Source of the DNA: an uncultured Actinomycetes bacterium
GTDB taxonomy: Bacteria; Actinomycetota; Thermoleophilia; Solirubrobacterales; 70-9
Assembly: GCA_963744725.1 (NCBI GenBank)
Contig: CAVUUQ010000002.1
Location: 760,541 to 824,540 of the forward strand
Length of the DNA stretch: 64,000 bases
Direction: 5' to 3'
Both the position numbers and the translations under genes were made by a program. The notes under the pieces are model-generated. The model had not been told where the DNA came from. It saw only the letters and a list, made by a program, of their open reading frames with translations, and made no database searches. Each line of letters starts with the position of its first letter. The first letter of the stretch is position 1. Below, piece after piece: positions 26,956 through 36,400 of this stretch.

Positions 26956-28593
26956 TTACATCATGCCGCCCATGTCGGGCATGCCGCCACCGGGCATGCC
27001 GCCGCCGCCCTCCTCGGGCGGTTCGGCGATGATCGCCTCCGTCACGAGGATGTTCTTGGCGATCGAAGCGGCGTTCTGGAGCGCCGACCGGGTGACCATG
27101 GTCGGGTCGATCACGCCGGCTTTGATCAGGTCCGTGTACTCGCCGGAGGCCGCGTTCAGGCCTTCGCCGTTCTTCAGCTCACGGACTTTGTTGACGACGA
27201 CCGAGCCCTCCAGGCCGGAGTTCTCGGCGATCTGGCGGACCGGCTCCTCGAGCGCCCGGTGGATGATCCGGGCACCCGTGACCTCGTCGGCCTCGTCGCC
27301 GAGCTTCTCCGGCTTGAGGTCGGCCTGCGCGTTCAGCAGGGCCACGCCACCACCCGGCACGACGCCCTCCTCGAGCGCGGCGCGGGTCGCCTGCAGCGCG
27401 TCCTCGACGCGGTGCTTTTTCTCTTTCATCTCGGTCTCGGTGGCGGCGCCGACTTTGACGACCGCGACACCGCCGGCCAGCTTCGCCAGGCGCTCCTGGA
27501 GCTTCTCCCGGTCGAAGTCGGAATCGGTGTTCTCGATTTCCTGTTTGATCTGCTTGATCCGGCCTTTGATCGAGTCCGGGTCACCGGCGCCGTCGACGAT
27601 CGTGGTCGTGTCTTTGGAGACGACGACGCGACGGGCTTTGCCGAGCTGGGCGAGCTGGGTGTTCTCGAGTTTGAGGCCCATCTCCTCGGTGATCACCTCG
27701 CCACCGCTGAGGATCGCGATGTCCTCGAGCATCCGCTTGCGGCGGTCGCCGAAACCGGGGGCTTTGACGGCGACGCCGGTGAAGGTGCCGCGGAGCTTGT
27801 TGACGACCAGGGTCGCCAGGCACTCGCCCTCAACGTCCTCGGCGACGATCAGCAGCGGTTTGCTCGCCTGCATCACCTGCTCGAGCACCGGCAGGATGTC
27901 CCGCACGGAGCCGATTTTCTGGTTGGCGATGAGGATGTAGGGGTCCTCCAGCACCGCCTCCATGCGGTCCTGGTCGGTCACCATGTAGGGGTTGATATAG
28001 CCTTTGTCGAACTGCATCCCCTCGGTGAACTCGAGGTCCATGGCCAGGGTCTGGCCCTCCTCGACGTTGACCACTCCCTCTTTGCCGACTTTCTCGATCG
28101 CGTCCGCGATCAGCGAGCCGATCTCGTCGTCACCGGCGGAAATCGCGGCGACGCGGGCGATCTGATCTTTGCCGGCGACCTCTTTGGACTGCTTCGAGCG
28201 GAGGTCCTCGACGACCGCGTCGACGGCCTTCTCGATGCCGCGGCGCAGGGCCAGCGGGTTGGCGCCGGCGGCGACGTTCTTGAGGCCCTGGCGAACGATC
28301 GTCTGGGCCAGCAGGGTCGCCGTCGTGGTGCCGTCACCGGCGACGTCGTTGGTCGCGGTCGCGACCTCGCGCACCAGCTGCGCACCCTGGTTCTCGAAGA
28401 CGTCCTCGACCTCGATCTCGCGGGCGATGGTGACGCCGTCGTTGGTGATCGTCGGCGCGCCAAACTTTTTGTCGAGCACGACGTAGCGGCCTTTCGGGCC
28501 GAGGGTTACCTTGACCGCGTTGGCGACGGCATCGACGCCGTTCTGCAGGGCGCCTCTCGCCTCCTCCGCGTACTTCAGCTCCTTGTGAGCCAT
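26956..28593 (-). CDS. groEL: Chaperonin GroEL (Cpn60)
   Basis: 545 aa: [40 protein letters not shown]...[12 protein letters not shown]...[16 protein letters not shown]. The C-terminal GGM tail is present. Confidence 0.98.
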   Translation of the reverse strand: MAHKELKYAEEARGALQNGVDAVANAVKVTLGPKGRYVVLDKKFGAPTITNDGVTIAREIEVEDVFENQGAQLVREVATATNDVAGDGTTTATLLAQTIVRQGLKNVAAGANPLALRRGIEKAVDAVVEDLRSKQSKEVAGKDQIARVAAISAGDDEIGSLIADAIEKVGKEGVVNVEEGQTLAMDLEFTEGMQFDKGYINPYMVTDQDRMEAVLEDPYILIANQKIGSVRDILPVLEQVMQASKPLLIVAEDVEGECLATLVVNKLRGTFTGVAVKAPGFGDRRKRMLEDIAILSGGEVITEEMGLKLENTQLAQLGKARRVVVSKDTTTIVDGAGDPDSIKGRIKQIKQEIENTDSDFDREKLQERLAKLAGGVAVVKVGAATETEMKEKKHRVEDALQATRAALEEGVVPGGGVALLNAQADLKPEKLGDEADEVTGARIIHRALEEPVRQIAENSGLEGSVVVNKVRELKNGEGLNAASGEYTDLIKAGVIDPTMVTRSALQNAASIAKNILVTEAIIAEPPEEGGGGMPGGGMPDMGGMM

Positions 28594-28638
28594 CTCTGTT
28601 CAGTCCTCCTTGGTTCTAAGTCCGGTTGGCGTCGGGGG

Positions 28639-28926
28639 TCAGGCGACCTTGGCGAGGATGTCCGACTCGCGCAGGACCAGCAGGTCGTCGCCGTCGACGA
28701 CGATGTCGGTGCCGCCGTATTTGGAGTAGAGGACCTCGTCCCCCTCCGCAACGTCGAGCGGGCGGCGACTGCCGTCCTCCTGGATCGCGCCGTCTCCGAC
28801 CGCGAGCACCTTGCCCTTCTGGGGCTTCTCTTTCGCAGTGTCTGGGAGCACGATGCCGCTGGCAGTCGTCTCCTCCTCCTCGACCGGCTTGATGATGAGC
28901 CGGTCCCCGAGGGGCTTCAGATTCAT
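28639..28926 (-). CDS. groES: Co-chaperonin GroES (Cpn10)
   Basis: 95 aa: [46 protein letters not shown]... Confidence 0.97.
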   Translation of the reverse strand: MNLKPLGDRLIIKPVEEEETTASGIVLPDTAKEKPQKGKVLAVGDGAIQEDGSRRPLDVAEGDEVLYSKYGGTDIVVDGDDLLVLRESDILAKVA

Positions 28927-29011
28927 CCGTGAACCTCCGTCTTCGGTAAGCGTGTTTCTAAGGGAAAGCTGAGAATCGCCGCTCTGAAGCCATTTCCGCT
29001 TCTTGCGACGC

Positions 29012-29038
29012 TTGGCACTCTAGTAGGGAGAGTGCCAA
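29012..29038. promoter_or_regulatory. CIRCE operator (HrcA binding site) upstream of groES-groEL
   Basis: TTGGCACTC-N9-GAGTGCCAA, a perfect 9-bp inverted repeat with a 9-nt spacer, 86 bp upstream of the groES ATG. The consensus is TTAGCACTC-N9-GAGTGCTAA. Confidence 0.8.
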
Positions 29039-29104
29039 CCCCTGTGAAGATAGCGAAACCGCGGCGTCGGTCAAGCGCGAACCCCCAGCCCGCCGGGGCG
29101 CGGG

Positions 29105-29581
29105 CTAGTCCGCAGCGAGAAGGCGGCAGCCGAGCAGAGCGGCGAGGCCCTCGCCGCCGCGGGCCATCACCCAGTCGTGGTTCCACTCGAAGGCGCCGCG
29201 CAGGAGCGGCGCCAGGCGGTTCATCCACGGCTTCGTCGTCCGCACATCCCACTCGTAGAGGACCGCGGTGACGCCGTCCTGCTCATAGAGGCGCCAGCGG
29301 CCGACGCCGGCGAGGTCGCCGCTGGCCCGCCCTTCGAGCAGGGTCGGCCGCTCGACCCGGGTGGTGAGGATCTCGAAATGGACCCGGTAGGGCAGCAGGC
29401 TGCGCCAGACCATCCGCGAGACGGTGCCGACGTCGGCCCCGTCGCCGGGCCGGCTCATCTCCTCGGCGACCTCGACCCCGCGCCACCAGCTCGGCCAGCC
29501 GGCCTGGTCGTGGAGCGCCTCCCAGACCGGCTCGCGGGGCGAGTCGAGGAGCCAGGTGGTGAGGAAGGAGTACTCGGCCAC
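29105..29581 (-). CDS. SRPBCC-superfamily protein (polyketide cyclase/dehydrase-like)
   Basis: 158 aa. MAEYSFLTTWLLDSPREPVWEALHDQAGWPSWW... shows the pattern typical of the SRPBCC/START-like fold. Confidence 0.6.
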   Translation of the reverse strand: MAEYSFLTTWLLDSPREPVWEALHDQAGWPSWWRGVEVAEEMSRPGDGADVGTVSRMVWRSLLPYRVHFEILTTRVERPTLLEGRASGDLAGVGRWRLYEQDGVTAVLYEWDVRTTKPWMNRLAPLLRGAFEWNHDWVMARGGEGLAALLGCRLLAAD

Positions 29582-29597
29582 GCGCCGCCGCTCCCCG

Positions 29598-30002
29598 CTA
29601 GTTGTGGCGCGGGGTCTCTCCGTTGCCGATGTGCGGCGCCGGCGGCTCGACGATCTGCGAGAAGCGGATCACCGTGACCTGGTCGTCGTCGTCGACCGGG
29701 CGGCTGTAGAGCTGCTCGAGGAAGCGCTTGGTTTCGTCGAGGCGGCGGAACTCGGGATTGTCGTGCTCGATGTCGCGGCGCGAGAGGCGGGCGATCGGCT
29801 TCACCTCGACGTCGTCGATGACCGCCGTGAAGATCTTCTCGCGGGGGCTGTGGCGGGCCCCGACCGTGATCCAGACGACCTGGCCGCGCTCGTACTTGTT
29901 GCTCTTGTCGCCGAGCCTGATCGTCGCGGTCTTCCGGCCCCGCTTCAGCTGGTCGATGAAGAACGCCGAGTAGAAGTTGAGTACGTAGATGCCACCGCGC
30001 AT
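29598..30002 (-). CDS. ASCH-domain protein
   Basis: 134 aa. FIDQLKRGRKTATIRLGDKSNKYERGQVVWI resembles the ASCH (PUA-like) N-terminal signature. Confidence 0.5.
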   Translation of the reverse strand: MRGGIYVLNFYSAFFIDQLKRGRKTATIRLGDKSNKYERGQVVWITVGARHSPREKIFTAVIDDVEVKPIARLSRRDIEHDNPEFRRLDETKRFLEQLYSRPVDDDDQVTVIRFSQIVEPPAPHIGNGETPRHN

Positions 30003-30100
30003 TGGGGCTCGGAGCCTATAGGAGCGGCGCAGCGTTGCCGGCCTGGACGGTTGTTCGAAGCGCGTCTAGGAGTTCGCCGTTTGCTCCGATGCACTAACCC

Positions 30101-31993
30101 ATGCCCCACGCAGGCTCCACCCGTTCTGGCCGCTTCCTCCTGCTCGCGCTCGCCGCGCTGGCGCTGCTCCTGCTGCTGCCGCTCAGCGGCCGCGCCGCGG
30201 CCGCGACCTGCGCCGGCAAGCAGGTGACGATCATGGGCACCCCGGGCGACGACAACCTGGTCGGCAAAGGCGCCAACGACGTGATCGACGGCGGCGGCGG
30301 CAACGACACGATCAGCGGCGGCCGCAACGGCAACGACACGATCTGCGGCGGCCCCGGCAACGACGTGATCAAAGGCGGCAAGGGCTACGACAGCCTCTAC
30401 GGGGAAGAAGGCGACGACACCCTCTACGGGGAAACCGGCTCCGACATGCTCGACGGCGGCGGCGGCAACGACAAGGAGTACGGCGAAAAGGGCGCCGACA
30501 AGATGCACGGCGGCGCCGGCGACGACTTCCTGATCGGCTTCAAGGGCCCCGACGAAATCGAAGGCGGGGCCGGCGACGACTACCTCGACGGCCAGCAGGG
30601 CTCCGACGAAATCTCCGGCGACGACGGCAACGACCGCCTGCTCGGCGACAAGGGCAACGACAAGGAGCTGGGCGGCGCCGGCGACGACCGGATCGAAGGC
30701 GGCGCCGGCGACGACTCGGACCTGAACGGCGGCGGCGGCCGCGACGAAGTGCTCGGCGGCACCGGCATCGACAACGCCGACGGCGGCCCGGGCGACTTCG
30801 ACATCGTCCGCGGCGACTCCGGCACCGACACCCTCTCCGGCGGCCCCGGCGCCAACGACATCGTCTCCTATGCGAGCGCCACTCGCGGCGGCGTCAAGGT
30901 CAACCTCGCCGCTGACCAGGCGAAAGGCGACGGCCACGACCAGCTGGCCGACTTCGAGGACGTGGTCGGCTCGCCGGAGGCCGACGAAATCACCGGCGAC
31001 GGCGACGAAAACAAGCTCGACGGCGGCGTCGGCGACGACGACCTCGCCAGCGGCGGCGGCGGTGGCGAAGCGTTCGGCGGGCCCGGCAACGACGAATGCG
31101 ACGGCTTCACCGTCGAAAACTCCTGCGGGCCCGAACCCGGCCCGCCGCCCGGCGGCGCCTACGTCGTCCTCAACAGGGGCCTCGACGGCTCCAGCCTCGT
31201 CGTCCAGGGCAGCGGCGGCAACGACGACCTCGCCGTCGGCCAGGGCGGCGGCGGCTGGACCGTCTCCGACAACGGCTCGGTCTTCGCCGGCGACGGCTGC
31301 GCGAACACCAGCCCGCTGGCGGTCCTCTGCGCGGGGGAACCGGGGCTGGCGCTGGTCGTGATCACCGGCGGCGACGGCGACGACCAGATCACGGTCGAAC
31401 CGAGCGTCCCGGCCAGCGCCCAGGTCCGCGCCAACGGCAACGCCGGCAGCGACGACCTGGTCGGCGGCCAGGGCGACGACGTGCTCGAAGCCGGCGAGAA
31501 CTACAACAGCCCCGACGACGGCAACGACCGCCTCGAAGGCAACGGCGGCGCCGACGTCCTCTACGCCGACCCGGGCGCCGACGTCCTGCTCGGCGGCGAC
31601 GGCAACGACCTGCTGGTCAACGCGGTGCCGGTCTGCCAGGGCAACACCTACGACGGCGGCCCCGGCGACGACACCGTCTCCTACGGCCGCTCGAGCGTCG
31701 GCGTCGACGTCACCCTCGGCGGCAGCGGCGGCCCGCCCGGCTGCGGCAGCCCGGACCAGGTGCTCGGCGACAACGAGAGCCTCGAGGGCTCCGACGGCCC
31801 CGACACGCTGGTCGGCGACAACGGCGACAACAGCTTCCTCGGCCACCTCGGCGCCGACACTTTCATCGGCAAGGGCGGCGACGACTTCATCGACGCCGGC
31901 GACGACGGCGCCCACGACGCGAAGATCGACTGCGGCCCGGGCGACGACGAAGCGATCGTCGACAAAACCGACCCGCAGCCGATCAGCTGCTGA
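30101..31993 (+). CDS. Calcium-binding RTX-like repeat protein with N-terminal signal peptide
   Basis: 630 aa. Signal FLLLALAALALLLLLPLSGRAAAA. Dozens of GGxGxD-type nonapeptides are present (GGGGNDTISGGRNGNDTICGGPGNDVIKGGKGYDSLYGEEGDDTLYG...). Confidence 0.85.
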   Translation: MPHAGSTRSGRFLLLALAALALLLLLPLSGRAAAATCAGKQVTIMGTPGDDNLVGKGANDVIDGGGGNDTISGGRNGNDTICGGPGNDVIKGGKGYDSLYGEEGDDTLYGETGSDMLDGGGGNDKEYGEKGADKMHGGAGDDFLIGFKGPDEIEGGAGDDYLDGQQGSDEISGDDGNDRLLGDKGNDKELGGAGDDRIEGGAGDDSDLNGGGGRDEVLGGTGIDNADGGPGDFDIVRGDSGTDTLSGGPGANDIVSYASATRGGVKVNLAADQAKGDGHDQLADFEDVVGSPEADEITGDGDENKLDGGVGDDDLASGGGGGEAFGGPGNDECDGFTVENSCGPEPGPPPGGAYVVLNRGLDGSSLVVQGSGGNDDLAVGQGGGGWTVSDNGSVFAGDGCANTSPLAVLCAGEPGLALVVITGGDGDDQITVEPSVPASAQVRANGNAGSDDLVGGQGDDVLEAGENYNSPDDGNDRLEGNGGADVLYADPGADVLLGGDGNDLLVNAVPVCQGNTYDGGPGDDTVSYGRSSVGVDVTLGGSGGPPGCGSPDQVLGDNESLEGSDGPDTLVGDNGDNSFLGHLGADTFIGKGGDDFIDAGDDGAHDAKIDCGPGDDEAIVDKTDPQPISC

Positions 31994-32006
31994 GCGCCTG
32001 AAGCAT

Positions 32007-32654
32007 TCACTCCGCGGCGAAGCCGCCCTCGCCGATCAGCGGCACGAAGCGGCAGGGGGCGACGGTGGCGCGGGTCAGCTGGCGGCCATGGCGGTGGAAG
32101 GCGACCAGCATCTCCTCGCCTTCCTCGACCACCGGCGCCACCAGGCGGCCGCCGTCGCTGAGCTGCTCGACCAGCGCCGGCGGCGGGCCGGGCGCCGAGG
32201 CGTGGACGGCGATCGCGCCGAACGGCGCCCGCTCGGGGTCGCCGAGGCTGCCGTCGCCGACCTCGAGGTGGACGTTGGCGACGCTGAGCGCGGCCAGCAC
32301 CCGCCGGGCCGAGCGCGACAGCTCGGGGTCGCGCTCGATGCTGATCACCTCGCGGGCGAGCAGGGCGAGGATCGCCGCCGTGTAGCCGGAGCCGGTGCCG
32401 ACCTCGAGCATCCGCTCGCCGCCGGTCAGCGCCAGCTCCTGGCAGATCGCGGCGACGATCCACGGCTGGGAGATCGTCTGCTCGCCGCCGATCGGCAGCG
32501 CCGAGTCCTCGTAGGCGCGGTGGCGCAGCCGCCGTGGCACGAACTCCTCGCGCGGCACCGCCGCCATCGCCTCCAGCACCCGCTCGTCCCAGATCCCGCG
32601 CGCCCGCAGCTGCTTCTCGACCATCGCGGCGCGGCGGGCGGCGTAGTTGCTCAT
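32007..32654 (-). CDS. pcm: Protein-L-isoaspartate O-methyltransferase
   Basis: 215 aa. Contains ...EDSALPIGGEQTISQPWIVAAICQELALTGGERMLEVGTGSGYTAAILA... Confidence 0.92.
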   Translation of the reverse strand: MSNYAARRAAMVEKQLRARGIWDERVLEAMAAVPREEFVPRRLRHRAYEDSALPIGGEQTISQPWIVAAICQELALTGGERMLEVGTGSGYTAAILALLAREVISIERDPELSRSARRVLAALSVANVHLEVGDGSLGDPERAPFGAIAVHASAPGPPPALVEQLSDGGRLVAPVVEEGEEMLVAFHRHGRQLTRATVAPCRFVPLIGEGGFAAE

Positions 32655-32678
32655 CGCCAGTCCCCGGCGCCGGCGGCG

Positions 32679-33431
32679 CTAATAGATGTAGTTCCGCAGC
32701 TTCGGCGGATCGAGCACGGTGACGCGGCCGCGGCCGGAGCGGACGACGCCGGCTCGCTCAAGCTCGGCGAGGAAGCGGCTGACGCTCTCCCGCGAGGTAC
32801 CGGCCAGCTGCGCCAGGTCGGTCTGGTTCATCCGGATCGTCACCTCGCCGGGGGCGGTGCCGTTGCCGTCGAGCTCGACGCCTTCCGCGGTCAGCGCCTC
32901 GCGGCTGAGCTGGGCGAGGATGCCGGCGACCCGGCTCGGCACGGTCTGGAACGACTGGCGGGAGATGCGGACGTTGGCGGCGCGCAGCCGCCGCACCAGC
33001 CCGGCGACCAGCTTCAGCGCGATCTCCGGGTGCCGCGAGAGCAGCGCCCGTACGTCGCCGGCCGGCAGCGCCAGCAGCTCGCCGTCGGTCAGCGCCTCGG
33101 CGCTGGCCGAGCGCTGGTCGCCGTCGAGCATCGCCAGCTCGCCGAAGATCTCGCCGGGGCCGAGCGTCGCCAGCGTGATCGCGCGGCCGTCGGAGTGCTC
33201 GCGGGTGACGCGGAAGCTGCCTGTCTTGACGATGTAGCAGGCGTCCGAGCTGTCGCCCTCGTGGAAGACCCGCGTCCCGGCCGGGAACGAGCGCGGCACG
33301 GCGACGTGCGAGAAGCGCTCCAGCTCGTCCTCTTCGAGGTCCGAGAAGAGCGGCACGCTCTGCAGCAGCTCGACGGCGCTCTGCTCCCCGGCGGACACCG
33401 GACGATTATTGCCCAGCGGCGGCTCCGACAA
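32679..33431 (-). CDS. Crp/Fnr-family transcriptional regulator
   Basis: 250 aa. cNMP-binding domain (LFSDLEEDELERF...GEIFGELAML) plus a C-terminal HTH (NQTDLAQLAGTSRESVSRFLAELERAG). Confidence 0.9.
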   Translation of the reverse strand: MSEPPLGNNRPVSAGEQSAVELLQSVPLFSDLEEDELERFSHVAVPRSFPAGTRVFHEGDSSDACYIVKTGSFRVTREHSDGRAITLATLGPGEIFGELAMLDGDQRSASAEALTDGELLALPAGDVRALLSRHPEIALKLVAGLVRRLRAANVRISRQSFQTVPSRVAGILAQLSREALTAEGVELDGNGTAPGEVTIRMNQTDLAQLAGTSRESVSRFLAELERAGVVRSGRGRVTVLDPPKLRNYIY

Positions 33432-33447
33432 CGGTCCTCCCCCCTGT

Positions 33448-36400
33448 TCAGCGGGCCGATGCGGTCAGTTTGCGGGGACCGCGGCTGAAGCCGGCGCCGA
33501 TCAGCGCCTGCTCGTGGCCGGAGCCGATCACCGCCTCGCCGTCGAGTTTCTCGATCGCCAGTTTCGGCAGGTGGCCGGCCGAGACGGCGTCGGCGAGGGC
33601 CTGCATGGCCCGTTCCAGCTCGTCTCCCTCCATCCGTATCAATCGAAGGATGCCGCGGCCGCCGCGCTCGACGAAGACCTCGGGCTCGCCGTCGCGGAGC
33701 AGCAGGTGGGCGCCGGGGGTGCGGCCCGGCTTGCGGCCGCCCTCGAGTTTCGGCCAGGGCAGTGAGGCGCCGTAGGGGTTGGCCGGGTCGGTGGCGGCGA
33801 GGACGGTGTAGGAGCGGTCGGCTTCGGGCAGCGAGCGCAGCCGCTCGACCGCGCCGGGCAGCGCGAACTGGGCGCCGCCGAGGCCCTCGACGAAGTAGCC
33901 GCGGCGGGCGGTGCCGAGCAGCTCGAGGTTGCCGAGCTCGGCGTAGAGGGTCGAGAAACCACCGGGAACGCCCTCGGCGAGGACGGTCTCGCGGGTGACG
34001 ATCCCGTAGCGCTCGAGCATCAGCTCGGCCTGGGCGCGGAGCCGGGCGCCGGGGCCGGGGGCGTTGGCGAACAGCGGCGCGGTCAGCGACCAGCGGCCCT
34101 GGACTGCGGCGCCGGTCGTCGAGCGGCGGCGGGCGAAGCGGCGGCCGGGGCGCTCGGAGGGCGGCACCGCCCGCAGCCGCGGCGCCCGCAGCGGCGCGAA
34201 GGCGTCGTTGGTCACCTCGCCGGTCCAGGCGAGGTCCCAGAGCGCGTTGTGGAGCTCCTCGTTGGGATACGGCAGATCGGCGAGCAGGTCGAGCCAGAAC
34301 GACGGCCCGGCGGCGAGCCGCTCGCGGATCGCCTCGTGGACCTCGCCGCCCGGCGACTCCAGCTTCGCGTTGGCGGGCGGAGGCCCGGCGAGGCGCACGT
34401 CTTCGCGGAAGTAGAGGGCGACGCGGCCGTCGTTGCGGCCGAGGGCGCCGGCGCCGATCCAGACCAGCTCGCCACTGGTGCAGAGCTCGTCGAGCCAGCC
34501 CTGCGAGTAGGTACCGAGCCGCCGCGGCAGCACGTCGGCCTCCCAGACTTTCGGGGTCAGCGCGACGCCCTGCAGCGGCACCAGCGCCTCGCGCAGGCGG
34601 TCGAGGCCGGCACCGGCCGGCCGGAACGCGTCGACGTTCTGCCAGCTCGGCAGGAAGCGGGCCAGCTCGGAGCGGTCGGCGGCCTCGACCTCCTTGCGCA
34701 GCCGCGCCAGGCTGGCGCGGCGGACGCGGCGCAGGACGTCGGCGTCGCACCACTCGCGCTCGCTGCCGCCGGGCAGGAGCTCGCCCCGCACCATCGCCCC
34801 TTCGGCCTCCAGCTCGCGCAGCCCCGGCGCCGGGTCCACCCCGTAGCGGGCGGTGAGCTGGTGGGTCGGGAAGGGGCCGTGGGTGCGGGCGTAGCGGCGG
34901 ACCAGGGCGCGCATCGCGTCGGGGTGCTCCTCGAGGAAGGTCTCCGGCAGCCCGGGCGGCTCGGGGACGCCGAGCGCGTCGCGGTAGAGGCCGGCGTCCT
35001 CGGCGGCGATGTAGCGCTCCTCGCCGGCGATCCGGACCCGGGCGACGCGCCGCTCGGCGACCAGTTTCTCGAGCATCGACTTCGCCGAGTAGCCCTCCGC
35101 GACCCGCTCCTCGCACTCGGCCGCGGTCAGGTCGCCGAGGTTGCGGAGCACCTGCTGCAGCGCGTCGCGGTCGCCGGCGCGGCCCGCCTCGGTGCGGTGC
35201 TGCAACTGTGCCTCGACCTCCTCCAGTGCCTCGGGGTCGATCAGCTCGCGCAGCTCCTCCTGGCCGAGCAGCTCACGCAGCAGGTCGCGGTCGAGGGCCA
35301 GCGCCGCCGCCCGCCGCTCGGCGTTCGGCGTGTCCCCCTCGTACATGTAGGTGGCGACGTAGTCGAAGAGCAGCGAGGAGGCGAACGGCGAGGCGGTCGG
35401 CGTCTCGACCTCGACCAGGCTGATCTGGCGAGCGTGCAGCTTGCTCAGCAGGTCCCGCAGCGAAGGCAGGTCGAGGACATCCTGCAGGCACTCGCGGAAG
35501 GTCTCGAGGATGACCGGGAAGCGGGGAAAGTCGCGGGCGACTTCGAGCAGGCTCTGGCTCTTCAGTCGCTGCTGCCAGAGCGGGGTCCGTTTGCCCGGGT
35601 AGGCGCGCGGGATCAGCAGCGAGCGGGAGGCGTTCTCGCGGAAGCGGGCGCCGAACAGGGCCGAGCCGGAGAGCTCGCTGACGATCAGGTCCTCGATTTC
35701 GTCGGGCTCGATCAGGACCATGTCGGCGGCCGGCGCCTCGTCGGCGTCGGGGAGGTGGATGACGATGCCGTCGTCGGACCAGATCGCGTCGGCCTCGAGG
35801 TCGTACTCGGCGCGGATCTTGGCGGCGAGCGCCAGCCCCCAGGCGGAGTGAACGCGGCCCCCGAAGGGGGAGAGGATGCAGAGGCGCCAGTCGCCGATCT
35901 CGTCGCGGAAGCGCTCGACGACGATCGACTCGTCGGAGGGGACGACGCGGGTCGCCTGCTGCTGCTCTCGCAGGTAGGAGACCAGGTTGTTGGCGGCGCG
36001 CGGGTCGAGGTCATATTCCCTGGCCAGCTGCTCGGGCTCCATCGAGACCGCCTCGCGGGAGAACTCGCCGATCGCGCGGCCGAGCTCGGCGGGGCGGCCG
36101 ATCCCGTCGCCGCGCCAGAACGGCACCGCGCCGGGGGCGCCCGGCGCCGGGGTGACGATCACCCGGTCGCGGGTGATTTCCTCGATCCGCCAGGAGGAGG
36201 AGCCGAGCAGGAAGGTCTGGCCGGGGCGCGCCTCGTAGACCATCTCCTCGTCGAGCTCGCCGACCCGGCGGCCGTCCGGCAGGTGGACGCCGTAGAGGCC
36301 GCGGTCGGGGATCGTGCCGGCGTTGGTGACGACCAGCTGGCGGGCGCCTTTGCGGCCGTGGATCGTCCCCTGGGTGCGGTCCCAGACGATCCGCGGCCGC

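Noticed and set aside
27259-28932. 557-aa plus-strand ORF (and 26963-27940)
   Set aside because: Antisense to groEL and groES, with no motifs.
29945-31915. 656-aa minus-strand ORF
   Set aside because: Antisense to the RTX-repeat gene. Its Ala/Val/Gly periodicity merely mirrors the Gly/Asp repeats on the other strand.
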